Source of the DNA: an uncultured delta proteobacterium
Lineage (GTDB): Bacteria > Desulfobacterota > Desulfobacteria > Desulfobacterales > SG8-13
DNA length: 47,940 nt
Direction: 5' to 3'
Assembly: GCA_963848135.1 (NCBI GenBank)
Contig: CAWKCK010000003.1
Span: 1,116,001 to 1,163,940 of the forward strand
Shown: piece by piece, positions 17,923 through 28,149 of the stretch
Position numbering within the stretch: the first letter of the stretch is position 1
Layout of the letters: each line of letters starts with the position of its first letter
Notes under the pieces: model-generated
What the model was told of the DNA's origin: nothing
Seen by the model: only the letters and a program-made list of their open reading frames with translations
Databases searched by the model: none
Made by a program: the position numbers and the translations under genes

Positions 17923-19386
17923 TTAACCCCGCGGAAGGTCACAACAATTTTTTCCGGGTAAAGCTGAGTGGCCCATGAGGTAAAGATCCACCGCCCGGGC
18001 GGCTTCTCGGCCCTCGGCGATGGCCCAGACGATGAGGGATTGTCCCCGGCGGGCATCGCCGGCGGCGAAAATGCCTGGCCTATTGGCCATAAGATTGGCG
18101 TCGGTGGCTATGGTCCCGTGGTCATCGAGGGTGAGGCCGAGTTGCGCCACGAGGGACCCGCTTTCCGGTCCGGTAAATCCCAGCGCCAGCAAAACGAGAT
18201 CGGCCGGCCACTCGCGCTCACTGCCATCGATCTCGCGCATTTCGGGGCGGCTTGTGCCGGCATCGGTAAATTCGACATCGATCGTGACGATGCTGTCAAT
18301 CCGGTTGTTTGCTCCCTGAAACGCCTTCGTAAGAATGCTCCAGTATCTCTGGCAGCCTTCCTCGTGGGAACTGCTGGTGCGAAGCCTGTTTGGCCAGAAC
18401 GGCCAGGGTTGGTTGTCCGGGCGTTCCGCTGTGGGTTTGGGGAAGAGCTCGAAATTGGTGACCGATTTTGCTCCTTGGCGATTACACGTGCCGATGCAGT
18501 CGCTGCCGGTGTCGCCACCGCCGATGACAATCACGTTTTTCCCCCGGGCGCTAATCCGTTCAGATCCAGCGACCGTCTCCCCGGCCACAATCCGGTTCTG
18601 CTGGGTTAAAAAATCCATGGCGAACCAGACACCGTTCAATTCGCGTCCGGGAATGATCAGATCGCGCGGTTGGGTGGCGCCGCAGCAAAGCACGACAGCG
18701 TCGTATTCAATAAGGTCGCCGGCGGTGATATCGACACCGACATTTAGACCGGGTTTGAAGGCAATACCTTCATCGGCCATCAGAGCCAGGCGCCGGTCAA
18801 TAATCTTTTTTTCCAGCTTAAAGTCCGGAATGCCATAGCGTAACAGTCCACCAATACGGTCGTCGCGTTCAAAGACCGTCACCGAATGCCCCGCCCGGTT
18901 CAACTGCTGCGCGCAGGCGAGGCCGGCCGGACCCGATCCGATGATCGCCACACGTTTACCTGTCCGCTCGGCCGGCGGCTCCGGCTGTATCCAGCCCTGG
19001 GCGAAAGCATGTTCGATGATTTCCTTTTCGATCTGCTCGATGGTTACCGGCAGTTCGTTGATCGTCAGGACGCAGGCTTCCTCGCACGGTGCCGGGCAGA
19101 GTCTTCCGGTAAATTCCGGGAAATTGTTGGTCAGGAGCAATTGCTTGAGTGCGTCACGCCAACGATCGCGGTAGACAAATTCATTCCAGTCCGGAATAAG
19201 GTTTCCTATCGGGCAACCGGCATGACAGGTGGGCACACCGCAATCCATGCACCGGGCCGCCTGGGACGTCAATGTTTTGCGTGGAAAAGAGCAGTAAATC
19301 TCTTTGAAATCCTTCAGGCGGTCTTCCACCGGCCGCTTGTCAGGTAATTGTCGCTTGAATTCCATGAATCCGGTTGGCTTTCCCAT
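17923..19386 (-). CDS. gltD: glutamate synthase small (beta) subunit
   Basis: [76 protein letters not shown]. Confidence 0.98.
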   Translation of the reverse strand: MGKPTGFMEFKRQLPDKRPVEDRLKDFKEIYCSFPRKTLTSQAARCMDCGVPTCHAGCPIGNLIPDWNEFVYRDRWRDALKQLLLTNNFPEFTGRLCPAPCEEACVLTINELPVTIEQIEKEIIEHAFAQGWIQPEPPAERTGKRVAIIGSGPAGLACAQQLNRAGHSVTVFERDDRIGGLLRYGIPDFKLEKKIIDRRLALMADEGIAFKPGLNVGVDITAGDLIEYDAVVLCCGATQPRDLIIPGRELNGVWFAMDFLTQQNRIVAGETVAGSERISARGKNVIVIGGGDTGSDCIGTCNRQGAKSVTNFELFPKPTAERPDNQPWPFWPNRLRTSSSHEEGCQRYWSILTKAFQGANNRIDSIVTIDVEFTDAGTSRPEMREIDGSEREWPADLVLLALGFTGPESGSLVAQLGLTLDDHGTIATDANLMANRPGIFAAGDARRGQSLIVWAIAEGREAARAVDLYLMGHSALPGKNCCDLPRG

Positions 19387-22300
19387 TATATATCCTTTAA
19401 GGCGCGCTTGTATTCGACGGGAATGACCTTGATGATTCGCGAAACAGACTGATCCCAGTCGGCGAGGATTCGAGCGGCGACGGGACTCTCCGTGTACCGG
19501 TGGTGGCTTTCGATCAGCATCCGCAGCTGCCGGCCGTCCTCGTCGTCAAGCCCGTCCAGGTCGACCATATCACGGTTGCAGCACCAAGCGGCGAATTGTC
19601 CGGATTCGTCTAAAACATAGGCGATCCCGCCACTCATGCCGGCGGCGAAATTTCGACCGGTGGGTCCCAGAACAACGACGCGACCGCCGGTCATGTATTC
19701 GCAACCATGGTCTCCGACACCTTCTACAACGGCATGCACACCGCTATTGCGCACGCAGAAACGTTCTCCGGCCACGCCGCGGACATAGGCTTCCCCACCG
19801 GTCGCACCGTAAAAGGCGACATTGCCGATGATGATATTTTCCTCGGCGGTAAAACGGATGCCCTCTGGCGGTCGGATGGTCAATTTAGCCCCGGAAAGCC
19901 CCTTGCCGAAGTAATCATTGGCATCCCCGCGGATGTGCACCGTCAGGCCGGGAGCGCCGAAGGCACAGAAACTTTGGCCCGCACTGCCACTGGCCCGAAT
20001 GGTGATCGTGTCCGCAGCCAGTCCATTTACGCCGTAGCGCTGTGAAATTTGATAACTGAGCTGCGTGCCGACGGTGCGATAGGTATTCTTGATGGCCAGG
20101 TCCAGATCCACGGGTTGGCCGTGGTCAAGGGCCGGACGGCACCTCTCTATGAGATCGTTATCAAGGGATCCTTCGAGGCCATGATCTTGCTCTTGGATGC
20201 GGCAGGTGGCCGCGATCGATTCGGGTATCTCCGGGCGATAGAGAATTTTAGAAAAATCGAGCCCGCGCGCCTTCCAGTGATCGATGGCCGGTACCATTTC
20301 GAGTTTGTCGACCCGTCCGATCATTTCGGTTAACCGGCGGAATCCGAGCCGGGCCATTATTTTTCTGAGATCTTCAGCCAAGTACTGCATCAGGTTGATC
20401 AGGTGCTCCGGCTGACCGGCAAACTTCTTGCGCAGTTCCGGGTCCTGGGTCGCGATGCCGACCGGGCAGGTGTTCAGGTGGCAGACCCGCATCATGACGC
20501 AACCCAAGGCGACAAGGGCAATGGTGCCGAACCCGAATTCCTCGGCGCCGAGAAGGCAGGCAATCGCCACATCACGCGCCGTTTTCAACTGACCGTCACA
20601 TTCCAGAACAACCCGGCTACGCAGGCCGTTTATCATTAGGGTTTGCTGGGTTTCTGCCAATCCCAGTTCCCAGGGCAAACCGGCGTGTCGGATCGAACTC
20701 TGGGGTGAGGCGCCGGTACCCCCTGACTCGCCGCTGATCAATATCAGATCGGCTTTGCCCTTGGCAACGCCGGCGGCCACGGTTCCCACCCCCACTTCAG
20801 ACACCAGTTTGACGTTTATCCTCGCCTTGGGGTTGGCGTTTTTAAGATCGTGTATCAACTGGGCCAGGTCCTCGATGGAATAGATATCGTGATGCGGTGG
20901 CGGAGAAATCAGCCCGACGTATGGGGTCGAATGTCTGGTCTTGGCAATCCAGGGATACACCTTGAAGCCGGGCAACTGTCCCCCTTCACCCGGTTTGGCA
21001 CCCTGGGCCATTTTGATCTGTAAATCCGTGGCATTGGCCAGGTAGGCACCTGTGACACCAAACCGTCCCGAAGCCACCTGTTTGATGGCACTGTTGCGCC
21101 AGTCTCCATTGGCATCGGGTTGGTAACGGTCCGGGTCTTCGCCGCCCTCACCGCTGTTGCTTTTTCCTCCGATGCGATTCATGGCAACGGCCAGCGTTTC
21201 ATGGGCCTCCCGGCTGATGGAACCATAAGACATGGCGCCGGTCTTGAAGCGTTTGACGATTTCTGTCCAGGCCTCAACCTCGCCCAACGGCACCGAATCG
21301 CCTTTCTCGACGAATTCGAACAGACCACGGAGCAATCCCTCCCGGCGGTTCTGGTTGTCGATGAGTTCGCTAAAGTCGTTCCATGCCCCACGGTCTTTCT
21401 GGCGCACAGCCTGTTGCAGCCTGGCAATTGTCAGGGGCGTGTATTGGTGGGTTTCACCATCACGGCGCCATTTGTATTTACCTCCCGGGTCCAGGTGCCG
21501 GGTCGAGGGAATAACCACGTCCGGATAGGCCGATTGATGCCGCAGTTGGATTTCGCGGGTGATAAGATCGATGTCAGCCCCACCGATCCGGGAAGGGGTC
21601 CCTTTAAAATAGCGGTCGATTACCGTCGCATCAAGCCCGATACATTCGAATATTTGGGCCCCTCGGTAGCTCTGCAGGGTCGAGATACCCATTTTCGACA
21701 TGACCTTTAGAATGCCCTTTTCCAGCGCCTTGATATAATTTGCGACGGCTGTCGACGCGTCGATATCATCCAGGTAACCGTTGGAGGTCATGTCTGTCAG
21801 GCATTCGTATGCCAGGTAGGGATGGACGGCACCGGCGCCGTAGCCGATGAGGCAACACAAGTGGTGAACCTCCCGGGCTTCACTGGTGTCGATGACAAGG
21901 CCGCAACGGGTGCGCAGACCGTCATTGATCAAATGGTGGTGTACCGCCGAAGTCGCCATCAGCGCCGGCAGCGGCGCCTGCTTTTCGTTGACGCCGCGAT
22001 CGGAGAGTATCAGTATTGTTGTGCCGTTCGCAACGGCCGCGGCCGCATCGCGGCACAGGTCGTTCAGCCTGCGTTCGAGACCACGAACGCCTTCCGCTAT
22101 GGGGAAAAGGGTCGAAAGCGTTGCCACGCTCAAATGTTTGCGGTCGATCGCCAGCAACTGTTTGTATCGTTGTCCCGAGAGGACCGGTCCCTCGAGTTTC
22201 AACTGGCGGCAGTGCTCGGGGGTTTCCTGAAAAAGATCCCGTTCCGCGCCGATGGTGGTCAATAGTGAGGTCACGAGTTCCTCACGGATGGCATCCAGCG

Positions 22301-23903
22301 GCGGATTGGTCACCTGGGCAAAAAGCTGTTTAAAATAATCGTAGAGGAGACGGGGTTTCTCGGATAGCACGGCCGGTGGAATGTCATCTCCCATGGAGCC
22401 GATCGGTTCCTTGGCGGCTTGCGCCATTGGCGCGAGGATCATTCGTAAATCCTCTTCGCTGTAGCCGAAAACCAGCTGGCGGTTAAGCAGGGACTCCGGT
22501 TCGGTTTCGCTTTTTTCGATGGGATCGGTGACCGGGCCCAAAGTCGTCAGGTTCTCCTTAATCCATTGACGATAGGGTTTACGGCCGCAGATCTCGCGTT
22601 TGATTTCATCGTCATCGATAATCTGGCCTTTGCCGGTATCGACCAGAAACATGCGCCCTGGCATCAGACGTCCCTTGAGGCGCACCTTTTCCGGCGGAAT
22701 CTCCAGTACGCCGGTCTCCGAGGCCATGACCACCAGGTCATCGCTGGTGACAGTGTATCGCGAGGGCCGCAGTCCGTTGCGGTCCAGAACGGCACCGACG
22801 AGGGTACCATCCGTGAAGGCGATGGCTGCCGGACCGTCCCAGGGTTCCATCAGGCAGGCGTGGTACTCGTAAAACGCTTTTTTTTCGTCACTCATGGTCT
22901 GATGATTTTGCCAGGCTTCCGGAATCATCATCATTATGGCGTGGGGCAGAGAGCGGCCGGTGTGATACAGCAACTCAACCACATTGTCGAAGACCGCTGA
23001 ATCGCTGGCGCCTAAAGTTGCCACAGGAAAAAGCTTGGAGATGTCATCCCCAAACAGCTCTGATTTGAACAAGGCCTGGCGCGCATTCATCCAATTGACA
23101 TTGCCCTTGAGGGTGTTGATTTCGCCATTGTGGCAAATGAAACGGAACGGATGGGCCAGGTCCCAGGTTGGAAATGTATTGGTGCTGTATCGTTGATGAA
23201 CTAAAGCCAGCGCACTGGTCATTTCCGTGCGGACCAGGTCGGGAAAATAGGCCGTCATCTGGTCGGCCAGAAGCATGCCCTTGTAAACCAGTGTCCGGCT
23301 GGAAAGGCTGGGGACGTGAAAAAAGGTCTCCTGTCCCGGATTCACCTGCTGGGCGAAACTCTCCATAACCTTGCGGATGATGTATAGTTTTCGTTCGAAG
23401 TGGGCGGTATCGGCAACCGCGGGACCGCGTCCGATAAATACCTGGTAGATCACCGGTTCCCGGTTGCGGGCGAGATTGCCCAGTGCGGTGCTGTCGACCG
23501 GAACCTTGCGCCAACCCAGAAAAATCTGTCCTTCTTCCCGGACGACAGCTTCGAAGCGATTCATTAGCCGTTGTCGCTGGCCGGTTTCATACGGCAGAAA
23601 TACCAGGCCGCATCCATAGTGGCCTTCCGCCGGCAAGCGGATATCCAGCTCTTGGCTGCAGATTCGTAAAAATTCGTGCGGCATCTGCATGAGGATGCCT
23701 GCGCCGTCTCCAGTGGTCTCATCGCATCCGCAGGCCCCCCTGTGGGTGAGGTTCTCCAGAATCTTCAAGCCATCGCTGATGATGGCGTGGGACTTGTCGC
23801 CCTTGATATGGCAGATGAGGCCGACACCGCAGGCGTCGTGTTCGAAGCGCGGATCATACAGCCCCCTGGCGGCATGGCAAGGGTTTTTTGGATCGGTCAT
23901 CAT
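19386..23903 (-). CDS. gltB: glutamate synthase large (alpha) subunit
   Basis: EHDACGVG N-terminal Cys, [49 protein letters not shown]-terminal GXGXG repeats. Confidence 0.98.
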   Translation of the reverse strand: MMTDPKNPCHAARGLYDPRFEHDACGVGLICHIKGDKSHAIISDGLKILENLTHRGACGCDETTGDGAGILMQMPHEFLRICSQELDIRLPAEGHYGCGLVFLPYETGQRQRLMNRFEAVVREEGQIFLGWRKVPVDSTALGNLARNREPVIYQVFIGRGPAVADTAHFERKLYIIRKVMESFAQQVNPGQETFFHVPSLSSRTLVYKGMLLADQMTAYFPDLVRTEMTSALALVHQRYSTNTFPTWDLAHPFRFICHNGEINTLKGNVNWMNARQALFKSELFGDDISKLFPVATLGASDSAVFDNVVELLYHTGRSLPHAIMMMIPEAWQNHQTMSDEKKAFYEYHACLMEPWDGPAAIAFTDGTLVGAVLDRNGLRPSRYTVTSDDLVVMASETGVLEIPPEKVRLKGRLMPGRMFLVDTGKGQIIDDDEIKREICGRKPYRQWIKENLTTLGPVTDPIEKSETEPESLLNRQLVFGYSEEDLRMILAPMAQAAKEPIGSMGDDIPPAVLSEKPRLLYDYFKQLFAQVTNPPLDAIREELVTSLLTTIGAERDLFQETPEHCRQLKLEGPVLSGQRYKQLLAIDRKHLSVATLSTLFPIAEGVRGLERRLNDLCRDAAAAVANGTTILILSDRGVNEKQAPLPALMATSAVHHHLINDGLRTRCGLVIDTSEAREVHHLCCLIGYGAGAVHPYLAYECLTDMTSNGYLDDIDASTAVANYIKALEKGILKVMSKMGISTLQSYRGAQIFECIGLDATVIDRYFKGTPSRIGGADIDLITREIQLRHQSAYPDVVIPSTRHLDPGGKYKWRRDGETHQYTPLTIARLQQAVRQKDRGAWNDFSELIDNQNRREGLLRGLFEFVEKGDSVPLGEVEAWTEIVKRFKTGAMSYGSISREAHETLAVAMNRIGGKSNSGEGGEDPDRYQPDANGDWRNSAIKQVASGRFGVTGAYLANATDLQIKMAQGAKPGEGGQLPGFKVYPWIAKTRHSTPYVGLISPPPHHDIYSIEDLAQLIHDLKNANPKARINVKLVSEVGVGTVAAGVAKGKADLILISGESGGTGASPQSSIRHAGLPWELGLAETQQTLMINGLRSRVVLECDGQLKTARDVAIACLLGAEEFGFGTIALVALGCVMMRVCHLNTCPVGIATQDPELRKKFAGQPEHLINLMQYLAEDLRKIMARLGFRRLTEMIGRVDKLEMVPAIDHWKARGLDFSKILYRPEIPESIAATCRIQEQDHGLEGSLDNDLIERCRPALDHGQPVDLDLAIKNTYRTVGTQLSYQISQRYGVNGLAADTITIRASGSAGQSFCAFGAPGLTVHIRGDANDYFGKGLSGAKLTIRPPEGIRFTAEENIIIGNVAFYGATGGEAYVRGVAGERFCVRNSGVHAVVEGVGDHGCEYMTGGRVVVLGPTGRNFAAGMSGGIAYVLDESGQFAAWCCNRDMVDLDGLDDEDGRQLRMLIESHHRYTESPVAARILADWDQSVSRIIKVIPVEYKRALKDI

Positions 23904-23915
23904 ATATTATCTTTC

Positions 23916-24095
23916 TAATAATCATCGTTAAACCCCAGACTTTTCTGGGGAGACTCCCAAAGTTTGACTGTTACAGGAGTTAATAAATACCCGCGACGAT
24001 GATTATTATAATTCTATGAACGGCCGGTTGCCCGAAGGATGGTTTTCAATGACCGCTTTGAGCGGTTCACAAGTCTTGCCGGAGGTCATTGAATT
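23916..24095 (+). mobile_element. family C element, copy 2
   Basis: Collinear with 10459-10651 (GGGGAGACTCCCAAAGTTTGAC; TTGAGCGGTT; GCCGGAGGTCATTGAATT); the left arm of the right hairpin is deleted. Confidence 0.8.
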
Positions 24096-24124
24096 TTCGA
24101 CGGGTGCAGGGACTCTTAGAGCAA

Positions 24125-24334
24125 CCTAATTTGAGCGATTGTCGAGGTTGCCGCAGGTACAAGGAAGATGTCGTTCCGCTATAGTCAGGCTATGCGGGAC
24201 GGCATATGACGCCGTAGATGCGGCAAGATCGGCAATCCCGATGGGTTTCAAATATTAAAATCAAATGATGATAGAATTCCTTATAATATAAAGCAGTTCC
24301 CCATCTATTTAAAATTTGAAACGCTCACTTTAGG
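24125..24334 (+). mobile_element. MITE family E, copy 2 (5-bp TSD AGCAA)
   Basis: Near-identical to 12961-13168; AGCAA at 24120-24124 and 24335-24339. Confidence 0.92.
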
Positions 24335-24350
24335 AGCAAATAAGATGCCA
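24335..24350 (-). promoter_or_regulatory. sigma54 (-24/-12) promoter for gltBD
   Basis: Minus strand TGGCATCTTATTTGCT matches TGGCAC-N5-TTGCW with GG-N10-GC spacing. Confidence 0.8.
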
Positions 24351-24377
24351 GGATTTGTCCCCGGATTCATTTCTTTA

Positions 24378-24390
24378 CAATACATTGATA
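24378..24390 (-). promoter_or_regulatory. IHF-binding site
   Basis: TATCAATGTATTG fits WATCAANNNNTTR and lies between the sigma54 promoter and the upstream palindrome. Confidence 0.65.
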
Positions 24391-24447
24391 TGAAATGAAA
24401 AATGTTTTTTCTGGAATGAACCTGGCTGACGGCCTGTTCAGAATTCC

Positions 24448-24480
24448 GACAAATTTGTTGTTTTTGTTTTCAAATTTGTC
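24448..24480. promoter_or_regulatory. putative enhancer-binding-protein UAS
   Basis: GACAAATTTG-N13-CAAATTTGTC perfect inverted repeat about 100-130 bp upstream of the -24 box. Confidence 0.55.
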
Positions 24481-24642
24481 ATAACGAGGTTCCCCATCGG
24501 TGAATACCGGTCACGATCCTGCAAGATCCTCTTGCATTTTAGTGACTTCGACCGTATTCTATATGCTTTTATTCATTTTTATATCCAACACCATTGTGCG
24601 TATCGAAATAAATATCGTTTCAATGATTGCCAAGGAGAAGTC

Positions 24643-27600
24643 ATGAGCGTTCGCGTCGCCATTACCCACCGCACCGAATACCTCTACGACCGGCCGGTTG
24701 CTTTGTCGCCCCATGTGTTCCGGCTCCGTCCGGCAGTGCATTCCCGTACACCCATAGCGGCCTATTCGCTCACGATCACGCCTGAAAAACATTTTATCAA
24801 CTGGCAGCAGGACCCTTTTGGCAATTACCAGGCCCGGGTGGTCTTTCTCGAAAAAGCGCCCAAATTGACGGTGACCGTCGATCTGGTGGCCGATATGACG
24901 GTTATCAATCCCTTTGATTTCTTTCTGGACGATGCGGCCGAGCGCATACCTGTTGCCTACGACGAGCGACTGCACAAGGAACTGATGCCCTACCTCGAAA
25001 TTCATGAAGACGGTCCTCTGCTGCGCGAATGGGTGGACGGCATCGACCTTTCCCCCCGCAAGACCATCGACTTTCTGGTGGACCTCAACCGGCGGCTCTG
25101 GCAGGACATTTCGTATACCATCCGTATGGAGCCGGGCGTTCAGACCTGCGAGGATACGTTGACCAAAGCGCGGGGTTCCTGCCGCGATTCTGCTTGGCTG
25201 CTGGTGCAGATACTTCGCCGGATCGGACTGGCCGCCCGTTTCGTGTCCGGGTACTTGGTTCAATTGACCGCGGATGTCAAATCCCTGGATGGCCCTTCGG
25301 GTCCGGAAAATGATTTCACGGATCTGCATGCCTGGACCGAGGTATACCTCCCCGGAGCCGGATGGATCGGGTTGGATCCGACCTCGGGGCTGTTTGCCGG
25401 GGAAGGCCACATCCCTTTGGCGTGTTCGCCGCATCCGACCGGTGCCGCCCCGGTCACAGGGGCAACCGATCCGTGCGAAGTCGAGTTCCGCTTCCGTAAC
25501 GAGGTCAGACGAATTCACGAGGATCCTCGCGTCACAAAACCTTACAGCGATGATCAATGGGCGGCCATCGAAGCGCTGGGTCGCAAGGTGGATGAAGATT
25601 TGACAGCCGGGGACGTGCGCCTATCCATGGGCGGGGAGCCGACATTTGTTTCGATCGACGATATGGAAGGGGCCGAGTGGAACACCGCAGCTGACGGCCC
25701 GAAAAAGCGCGCGCTGGCCAACGATCTGGGCAATCGTCTCTTCAAGGTTTTCGCTTCGGGCGGCATCCTCCATCGCAGCCAGGGAAAATGGTACCCGGGT
25801 GAACCGTTGCCGCGTTGGCAGGTCAACTGTTTCTGGCGCACGGACGGGCGTCCGTTATGGCGCTATCCGTCCTTACTGGCAGGCATGAACGCAAAGGAAG
25901 ATGCTGGGATCGAGGCTGCCGGGCGATTAATCCGTCTGCTGGCGCAACACCTGGGAATTCATGCTGGCTGTATCTGCGCGGGGTACGAGGATGTCTTCTA
26001 TTATTTATGGGAAGAGGGGAAACTGCCGGTCAACATCGACCCGCTCAAAACGGATTTGAAAGACCCCGTGGAAAGGCGACAGTTGGCACACCTTTTAGAG
26101 CGGGACCTGGGACAACCAAAGGGTTATGCCCTGCCGTTGCGACCGGACCCGTCAGGAAAGGGCTGGCAGAGCAGTCGTTGGGAATTTCGCCGGGAGCAGA
26201 TGTTTCTGATGCCAGGCGGTTCGCCCATGGGGCTGCGACTGCCGCTCGATTCGCTCCCCTGGGTGGCGCCGGAGAAACGCGAGATCGAAGAGGAATCTTC
26301 ACCCATGGCGTCACAGCCGCCGCTGGGTAATTTCCATGCCCGGTTTGAATCCGGGCCGGAACCGATTCGCGAGCAGCAAAGACCGGCCGCACCTTCCGAA
26401 TCCCAGAACCGCGATGTCATTCACACGGCTGTTTGCGTCGAACCCCGAGAGGGGTGCCTCCACGTGTTCATGCCGCCTCTGGGGCATCTGGAAGATTACC
26501 TGGAATTGCTGGCAGCCGTTGAAAAGACCGCTTCGGAACAGGCGACACCGATCGTTCTTGAAGGGTATGAACCACCGCATGATTACCGACTGAAACGGTT
26601 GCAGGTGACACCGGACCCCGGCGTGATCGAGGTGAATATCCACCCGTCATCGAGTTGGCAGGAATTGGTCGAAAACACGTCCGTGCTATACGAAGAAGCG
26701 CGTCAGGCACGGCTCGGGACTGAAAAGTTCATGCTCGATGGGCGTCACACCGGCACCGGCGGCGGCAATCACATGACCCTGGGAGGCGTGACACCGGCTG
26801 ACAGCCCGATGCTGCGCCGCCCGGATTTGCTTCGGAGTCTGATAACTTACTGGCAGCATCACCCCGGATTGTCCTACCTGTTTGCCGGAATGTTTGTCGG
26901 ACCGACGAGTCAGGCACCGCGGGTCGACGAGGCCCGGGACGACCAGCTCTATGAGCTGGAAATCGCTTTCCAGCAGATGCCCGACGGTGAGATCGCCCAA
27001 CCCTGGTTGATTGACAGGCTGCTGCGCAACCTGCTGGTCGACCTGACCGGAAACACCCACAGGGCCGAGTTCTCCATCGACAAGCTCTACCCTCCGGAAT
27101 CCGGTGGCCGCCGGCTCGGCCTGGTCGAGTTTCGCGCGTTCGATATGCCTCCCCACTGCCGCATGAGCCTGTTGCAGATGCTGCTGGTGCGGACCCTCAT
27201 CGCCCGTTTTTGGAAAACACCATACCGTCATCGACTGGTGCGTTGGGGAACCGAGCTCCACGACCGGTTTATGTTACCGCACTTTGTGCGCTCGGATCTC
27301 AAAGAGGTTGTCGCCGAACTGCAAAAGGCCGGTTATCCGTTCCGGATGGATTGGCTCGATCCATTCTTCGAATTCCGTTTTCCCCATTACGGAACCGTTC
27401 AGATCGGTGACATCCATCTGGAACTGCGGATGGCGATCGAGCCCTGGCCAGTGCTGGGCGAGGAAGTGACCCGATCCGGAACGGCCCGCTTCGTGGATTC
27501 ATCGGTGGAACGGCTTCAGGTCAAGGTGTCCGGTTTGACCGATGGGCGGCATGTCCTGACCTGTAACGGCCGACGGGTGCCGTTGAAAAACACCGGCACC

Positions 27601-27999
27601 CACGCAGAATTCGTGGCGGGTGTGCGTTACCGGGCCTGGCATCCGCCCTCTGCGCTGCACCCGACCATCGGTGTCCATTCACCGCTGGTATTCGATCTGA
27701 TCGACACCTGGAACGGCCGTTCCATCGGCGGTTGTACATATCATGTCAGTCATCCCGGTGGTCTCAGCTATGATACTTTCCCCGTCAATGATTACGAAGC
27801 CGAGGGTCGCCGGATCAGCCGATTCTGGAGCCATGGCCACACGGCCGGCCCGCTGCAACCACCGCCGGATATATTGCGGATGGGTCGCTTTTATCCGCAT
27901 GGGCACCCGCCGGGACCGATGAGTCCCCCATCGGAAGACCCTGCGCTGGAGTATCCGTATACATTGGATCTGAGGTTGAAACCCGATCTGATGGCCTGA
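24643..27999 (+). CDS. transglutaminase-family protein fused to DUF2126 putative amidoligase
   Basis: AAGGAG RBS; N-terminal HRTEYLYD, catalytic GSCRDSAWL / DLHAWTEVY / LDPTSG; DUF2126 motifs MGGEPTFVS, VTPDPGVIEVNIHP, GTGGGNH, HRAEFSIDKLY. Confidence 0.93.
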   Translation: MSVRVAITHRTEYLYDRPVALSPHVFRLRPAVHSRTPIAAYSLTITPEKHFINWQQDPFGNYQARVVFLEKAPKLTVTVDLVADMTVINPFDFFLDDAAERIPVAYDERLHKELMPYLEIHEDGPLLREWVDGIDLSPRKTIDFLVDLNRRLWQDISYTIRMEPGVQTCEDTLTKARGSCRDSAWLLVQILRRIGLAARFVSGYLVQLTADVKSLDGPSGPENDFTDLHAWTEVYLPGAGWIGLDPTSGLFAGEGHIPLACSPHPTGAAPVTGATDPCEVEFRFRNEVRRIHEDPRVTKPYSDDQWAAIEALGRKVDEDLTAGDVRLSMGGEPTFVSIDDMEGAEWNTAADGPKKRALANDLGNRLFKVFASGGILHRSQGKWYPGEPLPRWQVNCFWRTDGRPLWRYPSLLAGMNAKEDAGIEAAGRLIRLLAQHLGIHAGCICAGYEDVFYYLWEEGKLPVNIDPLKTDLKDPVERRQLAHLLERDLGQPKGYALPLRPDPSGKGWQSSRWEFRREQMFLMPGGSPMGLRLPLDSLPWVAPEKREIEEESSPMASQPPLGNFHARFESGPEPIREQQRPAAPSESQNRDVIHTAVCVEPREGCLHVFMPPLGHLEDYLELLAAVEKTASEQATPIVLEGYEPPHDYRLKRLQVTPDPGVIEVNIHPSSSWQELVENTSVLYEEARQARLGTEKFMLDGRHTGTGGGNHMTLGGVTPADSPMLRRPDLLRSLITYWQHHPGLSYLFAGMFVGPTSQAPRVDEARDDQLYELEIAFQQMPDGEIAQPWLIDRLLRNLLVDLTGNTHRAEFSIDKLYPPESGGRRLGLVEFRAFDMPPHCRMSLLQMLLVRTLIARFWKTPYRHRLVRWGTELHDRFMLPHFVRSDLKEVVAELQKAGYPFRMDWLDPFFEFRFPHYGTVQIGDIHLELRMAIEPWPVLGEEVTRSGTARFVDSSVERLQVKVSGLTDGRHVLTCNGRRVPLKNTGTHAEFVAGVRYRAWHPPSALHPTIGVHSPLVFDLIDTWNGRSIGGCTYHVSHPGGLSYDTFPVNDYEAEGRRISRFWSHGHTAGPLQPPPDILRMGRFYPHGHPPGPMSPPSEDPALEYPYTLDLRLKPDLMA

Positions 28000-28006
28000 A
28001 TGAACT

Positions 28007-28040
28007 CTAAAGTGAGCGTTTCAAATTTTAATAGGTGAAA
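28007..28040 (-). mobile_element. family E right-end fragment
   Basis: CTAAAGTGAGCGTTTCAAATTTTAATAG matches the reverse complement of the E right end. Confidence 0.75.
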
Positions 28041-28087
28041 GCCTGTTTTTCTGAATACTCATGAGTAAAGTACAGATGATGCTCCCT

Positions 28088-28136
28088 AATTTAAGCGTTT
28101 ACAACAAAGCAGATGCGGTGCCATGTGAAGGCTTAC
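28088..28136 (+). mobile_element. internally deleted family F remnant
   Basis: TAAGCGTTTACA is joined directly to ACAAAGCAGATGCGGTGCCATGTGAAGGCTTAC. Confidence 0.75.
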
Positions 28137-28149
28137 TGAGTAAAACCGG

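Noticed and set aside
17968..23931. Many 100-200 aa antisense ORFs inside gltBD and other long genes
   Set aside because: These are shadow ORFs typical of GC-rich coding DNA, with no recognisable motifs.
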